DNA from: an uncultured Gemmatimonadales bacterium
Lineage (GTDB): Bacteria; Gemmatimonadota; Gemmatimonadetes; Longimicrobiales; Gaopeijiaceae
NCBI GenBank assembly: GCA_963809895.1
Contig: CAWELD010000010.1
Location: forward strand, 768,001 to 832,000
Length of the DNA stretch: 64,000 nucleotides
Direction: 5' to 3'
The position numbers were made by a program, and so were the translations under genes. Position 1 is the stretch's first letter. Every line of letters begins with the position of its first letter. Positions 59,711 through 64,000 of the stretch are shown one piece after another. The notes beneath the pieces are model-generated. The model did no database searches and had not been told where the DNA came from. It saw only the letters and a list, made by a program, of their open reading frames with translations.

Positions 59711-62185
59711 TCACCGTGACGCCCCACCCCCACCCGTCGTCGTCTGCTCCGAGATCGTCGCTTGCGATGCACCCATCAGGGCATCCGAGCGGGCCTCGAA
59801 GGCCACCGAGCCGGTGGCCAGGGCCTGTGCGAGGCCGGAAGGCGATATGGCAGCGACACCCGGATTTGTGGAGCTCCAGGTCACCGAGGCGCCCGGAACC
59901 GGGTAGCCGTTGGCGTCCTTCACCACGGCGCTGAGCTGCCTGGTGCTGCCGACCTGCAGCGAGAGGCTGGCCGGGGTGACTTCGATGCTGTTGGGCATCT
60001 GGGTCACGGTGATGCCGACCGTGTCGGCCGCGGTGCAGCACACGGCGCTGACGATGATGGCGGCGGTCCCTACGCTCTTCGATACCACGTTTCCGTTCCC
60101 GTCGACGGTGGCTACGCCAGTGTTCGTGCTCGACCAGGAGAACGAAATGCCGTCCAGGGGATTGCCCGTCAAGTCCAGCCCGATCGCGCTGAGCGACTTG
60201 GTGGCGCCGAGCGCCGTGAAACTGAGGGCATCTTTGCTCGCCTGTACCGATCCTACCGTTGAACCGCTGCCATCGGTTCCACCGCCGCCCGTGGTCGTCG
60301 AGTCGACCTGCACGAGCACGGTCGCGACTCCGGTCACGCCGTCGGCCGTGGCGCGGATCTCCGCCTCACCGATGGCGAGCGGCATGACCGCGCCAGTGCT
60401 GTTGACGCTGGCGACGCTGGGGTTGCTCGACGTCCAGGTGAAGCTCGCGGCCATGGTGTTGCCGGATGCGTCCTTCGCGGTCGCCGTCATGGTGCCGTGA
60501 CCGGCGCCGATGATGAGGGTGAGCGGATCGGGCGACACGGTGACGGAGGCGATGCTCGGGGCCACTGGCGCCTCTTCGGCGGTGGCCTCGTAGGTCGCGG
60601 GCGAGACGCCCTGCACCGTGGCGGTGACGCTCTGTGCGCCCGCCGTCGACCCGAGCGTCCACTCGACGCTGGCGACGCCGTCGGCGTTGGTCTTGCTGGT
60701 CAGCGAGGACAAGGAGCCGCCGCCACTGGCGACGTTCCAGGTCACGTTCACGTCGGCGAGGGCCACGCCGTACTGGTCGAAAACGCGGGCTGTGAGCGGA
60801 TCGCTCAGCTTCTGGCCGGCGGTGGCGGTCTGGCCGCTTCCCGTCTGCTCGATCGTGGCCGGCGCGCCCGTGAGCACGGTGACCGAAGCGGTGCCGCTGA
60901 CCTGGCCGTCGGCCACCGCGTTCACATCCACGTCGCCGGGCAGGACGCCTGACACCACGCCGTTCGCGTCGACGGTGGCGATGTCGGTGTCGGAGACGCT
61001 CCAGCTCACGCTGGCCTCGATCACGTTGCCCCATTTGTCGGTGGGCATGGCCTCGAGCGTGGTCTGGTCGTCCACGGCCAACTCGGCCTGGTCCGGCGAG
61101 ACGGTCACGCCGGCGAGCGAGCCGGGCTTGCCGTGGGCGCTGAAGTCCTTCTTGCCCGAGCCGCCGCCCTTGCCGCCATGGCCGTTCCCACCGGGCGCAG
61201 CGGCGGCCGCCACGACGCTGGCCGAGCCGACCTGATCACCGGCCAACGTGCCGAGACGCCAGTACATCTGGCTCACGCCACCGACGTCGGTGATGGCCCG
61301 GGTGACCGACGCCACCGCGGGAACGCCGGTGAACATACCGGACTCGGATCCCTCACCCCCGACGAAGGCCCATTCCAGGGTGACGCCGCGGATGGGATTG
61401 CCGTTGGCGTCGGAGACACGCACGACCACGGGCTCGGCGAGAACCTCGCCCACCCGTCCTTCCTGGCCGCCACCTCCGAGGAGCTCGACGGTGGCCGACG
61501 CGAGATCCGCGTACCCCTGTGCCTCGAGCCGCACCTCGCCCACGGTGGGAATGGAGGCCCGCAGCGTGTTGCGGCCGGCCCCGGATCCGAGCGTCCACTT
61601 CACGCGCGCCACACCGTAGTCGTCGGTGCGGGCCTGCGAGGTGGAGAGCGTGCCGCCTCCCAGGTCCACCTGGAAGAGCACGTCCACGTCGGGCACGGCG
61701 ACGCCGTCCCGGCCCGTCACCTTGATGCTCACGCTGTCGGGCAACGCCTTTCCGGCGGTACCGGCGACGAAATCGGCGCCCAGGGTCTGGATGGCCCGAG
61801 GCGCCGGAAGAACGTGGGCGCCGGCCGTGGCCGTGGCGCCCGAGTACACGGCCGTCAGGGTGACGTCGCCGTAGTATTCGGCAACGAAGTAGCCGCCCCT
61901 TACGACGCCCGCGCGAGCCGGCTGCACGGTCCAGCTCACCTTGGAGGGATCGAACGACGATCCCCCGACCAGCGAGGTCCTGACCGCGACCGAGTCGCCC
62001 TCGCGAACGGCGAGTTGGTTGGGAGTAATGCTGAGCTCGCCGTGACGCTTGAAGCCGTCATCGACGAACGACGGAGAGGAACCCCCATCGGAACACGCCG
62101 CGGTGAGACCGAGGAGGATGAAGGGGACGCTCCGGAGAACCGAAGCCGGCGTCCACTTGATGACACCTTTGCGTGCCGCGCTCAT
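59711..62185 (-). CDS. Surface lipoprotein with multiple Big_1/Big_2 Ig-like domains
   Basis: Lipobox LTAA-C; repeated WxSSNxxVAxV and TDxxGVAxxxWxLG units; Gly/Thr linkers. Confidence 0.88.
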   Translation of the reverse strand: MSAARKGVIKWTPASVLRSVPFILLGLTAACSDGGSSPSFVDDGFKRHGELSITPNQLAVREGDSVAVRTSLVGGSSFDPSKVSWTVQPARAGVVRGGYFVAEYYGDVTLTAVYSGATATAGAHVLPAPRAIQTLGADFVAGTAGKALPDSVSIKVTGRDGVAVPDVDVLFQVDLGGGTLSTSQARTDDYGVARVKWTLGSGAGRNTLRASIPTVGEVRLEAQGYADLASATVELLGGGGQEGRVGEVLAEPVVVRVSDANGNPIRGVTLEWAFVGGEGSESGMFTGVPAVASVTRAITDVGGVSQMYWRLGTLAGDQVGSASVVAAAAAPGGNGHGGKGGGSGKKDFSAHGKPGSLAGVTVSPDQAELAVDDQTTLEAMPTDKWGNVIEASVSWSVSDTDIATVDANGVVSGVLPGDVDVNAVADGQVSGTASVTVLTGAPATIEQTGSGQTATAGQKLSDPLTARVFDQYGVALADVNVTWNVASGGGSLSSLTSKTNADGVASVEWTLGSTAGAQSVTATVQGVSPATYEATAEEAPVAPSIASVTVSPDPLTLIIGAGHGTMTATAKDASGNTMAASFTWTSSNPSVASVNSTGAVMPLAIGEAEIRATADGVTGVATVLVQVDSTTTGGGGTDGSGSTVGSVQASKDALSFTALGATKSLSAIGLDLTGNPLDGISFSWSSTNTGVATVDGNGNVVSKSVGTAAIIVSAVCCTAADTVGITVTQMPNSIEVTPASLSLQVGSTRQLSAVVKDANGYPVPGASVTWSSTNPGVAAISPSGLAQALATGSVAFEARSDALMGASQATISEQTTTGGGGASR

Positions 62186-62426
62186 TGCTGCCTTCCCGTC
62201 TGGCCCGGATCACTCCAGGCTCGGTTGGAGTTCGTGGAGAAGGCAGAAGGGCCGCCAACATGATCCCGAGAATGCTCTTCGGGGGATCCGCTGGCGGCCC
62301 GGCTGGCATGGCGATCGGATCGCGGTAGCCCCGTGACTCTGCGTCACCGCCTTTCGACGGTTTTGCTCTGAGCAGCGAGATAGGAGAGGGTCTGGCAACG
62401 CCTTCTGCGTTCGTGCCTCGCAATGG

Positions 62427-62495
62427 GCAAGGGGGGTGCCACCCCCACCAGGGGTATTAAGAGAACTTAAGGTTGTTATTTTACAACGACTTACG
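62427..62495 (-). promoter_or_regulatory. Consensus sigma-54 promoter with upstream IHF-like site
   Basis: Minus strand TGGCACCCCCCTTGC (62441-62427); CGTAAGTCGTTGTAAAATAACAACCTTA (62495-62468). Confidence 0.75.
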
Positions 62496-62601
62496 CGATT
62501 ACGTGACGGGTCATCCAGTGACCCGTTTCGAGGCAGGACCGGAAAAGTGTGCCGGGTCGAGGCACTCCGTTCCCGTCGCCGATCTGGAGATGAAAGAGTT
62601 C

Positions 62602-63771
62602 TTAAAAATCCAGAATTTCGTCGAGCACGCTCACCAGTCGGCGATCGAGCCCGGACGGGGGTGTCCGGCTGTGGACCGGGAGGGTGAGGAGCTCGGCGAT
62701 GAGCCTGCGCGCTCCGGGCACCGAAGGCGCGGTGTCGCCGGCGAGGCGAAGGAGCTGGGGGAGCTCGGGCAGGACGCGCGGATATCCCCTGTAGCCGCCG
62801 AGCCGTCGCACCCGGGCGGGGAGCGCCGCCGGCAGCTTCGGGGATCGCAGCGCGAAGCGGAGATAGGAGGCCTCGCCGTGTGCCACGGGCTCCGGGAGCG
62901 CGACGCCCGCACGGTCCGAGAGAAGGTCGCGGAGCACGGTCGCCCGGGCGCGTCGGAACGAGATCTCCGCGGTTGCCGCGGCCTCGGAGCGGGCCACCAG
63001 GCGCGCCTGGTAGGGGTGCATGGCCGCCGGCGCGGTCGGCTCGCGGAAGTGGGTCTCGCCCAGCCCCAGGCCGGGCATGCGTGCGGGGATCCCGTACAGG
63101 GCCGGCCGGGCCAGGGTCCACTGGGCCAGCGCCCGCGTGGCCATGGAGGCTGCCGACGACGGCGGTGGCAGCAACGCCGGGGGATCGGCCGACGCGAAAG
63201 AGCCGCGCAGGAGGAGCGCACCGCCACCGCTGCCGGTCCATCCCTTGCCGCGACCGAAGGAGAGCACCGACAGCTCGGCCTGGGATCCCCCCATGCGCTC
63301 TCCCCACATGGTGCCGATGCCCTGCGCCGCGTCCTCCACCACCACCGAGCCCGCCTCGTCCGCGAGCGTCCGGATGAGGCCCCAGTCCAGGGGATACCCG
63401 AACAGGTTGGCGGCCACCAGCACCCCGGCGCTCTCGAGAGCTCGCGCCAGCGAATCGGGGTCCGGACCGAGGTGGCTGGGGTCGATGTCGTAGAAGGTGA
63501 CCGGCGCCTCCAACGCCAGCACCGCCGTGGCCAGGTCGTAGCAGGCGTAGGCGGGTAGAGCCACCCGCCGCCGCCCCGCCTCCACCCGCTCCAGTGCCGC
63601 CTCCAGGGCGAGTTGGAGCGCGTGGGTGCCCGAGGCCGTGAGGATCACACCCTCGGCATGGAAGCGGCTCGCGAGAATCTCCTCGAGCCGGGCGAGGTCG
63701 GCCTCACCGGCCGTCAGCGCCGCCAGGGCGTCCGATGCCGCGAACGGCGAATGCACCGGGGGGATCCACAT
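62602..63771 (-). CDS. DegT/DnrJ/EryC1/StrS-family PLP-dependent aminotransferase-like protein
   Basis: ASGTHAL, LPAYAC, NLFG, VEDAAQG, SFGRGK, LLTLPVH. Confidence 0.85.
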   Translation of the reverse strand: MWIPPVHSPFAASDALAALTAGEADLARLEEILASRFHAEGVILTASGTHALQLALEAALERVEAGRRRVALPAYACYDLATAVLALEAPVTFYDIDPSHLGPDPDSLARALESAGVLVAANLFGYPLDWGLIRTLADEAGSVVVEDAAQGIGTMWGERMGGSQAELSVLSFGRGKGWTGSGGGALLLRGSFASADPPALLPPPSSAASMATRALAQWTLARPALYGIPARMPGLGLGETHFREPTAPAAMHPYQARLVARSEAAATAEISFRRARATVLRDLLSDRAGVALPEPVAHGEASYLRFALRSPKLPAALPARVRRLGGYRGYPRVLPELPQLLRLAGDTAPSVPGARRLIAELLTLPVHSRTPPSGLDRRLVSVLDEILDF

Positions 63772-63775
63772 GCGG

Positions 63776-64000
63776 TCAGCCCTCCGGGGTCGGGGGCGGA
63801 GGCTCGGCGTCCAGGACCCGCAGCAGCTCCTCCACGGCCGCCAGCGTCCACAGCACCTCGTGGTCCGTCTCGAGCCGAAGCCGATCCAGCGTGGAGCCCA
63901 CGGCGTGTCGCGGCCACGTGCCCGCGCCCAGTCGCTCGGCGAGCCACGGCGCGAGGGGCCCGGCCATCCAACGGCGGGTCGGCGTGGGGAAGCCGAGCTT
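63776..64000 (-). CDS. Asparagine synthetase B-family amidotransferase, C-terminal end (truncated by window edge)
   Basis: KLGFPTPTRRWM...LWTLAAVE resembles the AsnB C-terminal signature. Confidence 0.7.
   Translation of the reverse strand, partial: KLGFPTPTRRWMAGPLAPWLAERLGAGTWPRHAVGSTLDRLRLETDHEVLWTLAAVEELLRVLDAEPPPPTPEG

Noticed and set aside
59708..59713. In-frame TGATGA suggesting selenocysteine or readthrough
   Set aside because: It lies in a Gly-rich linker after G runs amid other indels; two compensating errors explain it better
55576..64000. Asparagine-synthetase-like and ATP-grasp genes as a lasso peptide or other RiPP cluster
   Set aside because: No precursor peptide, RRE or leader peptidase seen; the context is glycosyltransferase-rich
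1..64000. Mobile elements, prophage, defence systems, tRNA/rRNA, riboswitches
   Set aside because: No transposase, integrase, phage, nuclease or structured RNA signature recognised by eye; a covariance-model search was not possible

Overview
High-GC bacterial DNA. The gene repertoire (DUF5916 barrel protein, PadR plus duplicated orphan permease, tandem secreted M14 peptidases, Big-domain lipoprotein) suggests Gemmatimonadota or a similar lineage; this is inference only. Bases 1-23.2 kb hold mostly housekeeping and accessory genes: an OmpR-type two-component pair, oligopeptidase A, phosphatidylserine decarboxylase, ATL protein, cation antiporter, CDF transporter, a small separately transcribed Asp/Glu/Trp-rich protein, two M14 peptidases, rhomboid, YigZ and pdxH. 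From 23.2 kb to the window end lies a >40 kb exosortase/PEP-CTERM-linked exopolysaccharide locus. It encodes Wza- and Wzc-like proteins, a priming transferase, exosortase, EpsI, a PEP-CTERM protein, nine further glycosyltransferases, an ABC flippase, an O-antigen-ligase-like protein and many tailoring enzymes. The most notable unannotated structure is regulatory. About eight sigma-54 (-24/-12) promoters occur, six of them as three divergent pairs that each flank a shared 18-bp palindrome (YGTnGC-N6-GCnACA). Two IHF-like sites are also present, and the locus encodes its own sigma-54 activator, a soluble kinase and a degenerate REC-GGDEF protein with an intact RxxD I-site. Several genes carry single-base frameshifts that look like long-read indels. 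No rRNA, tRNA, CRISPR array or mobile element was seen.
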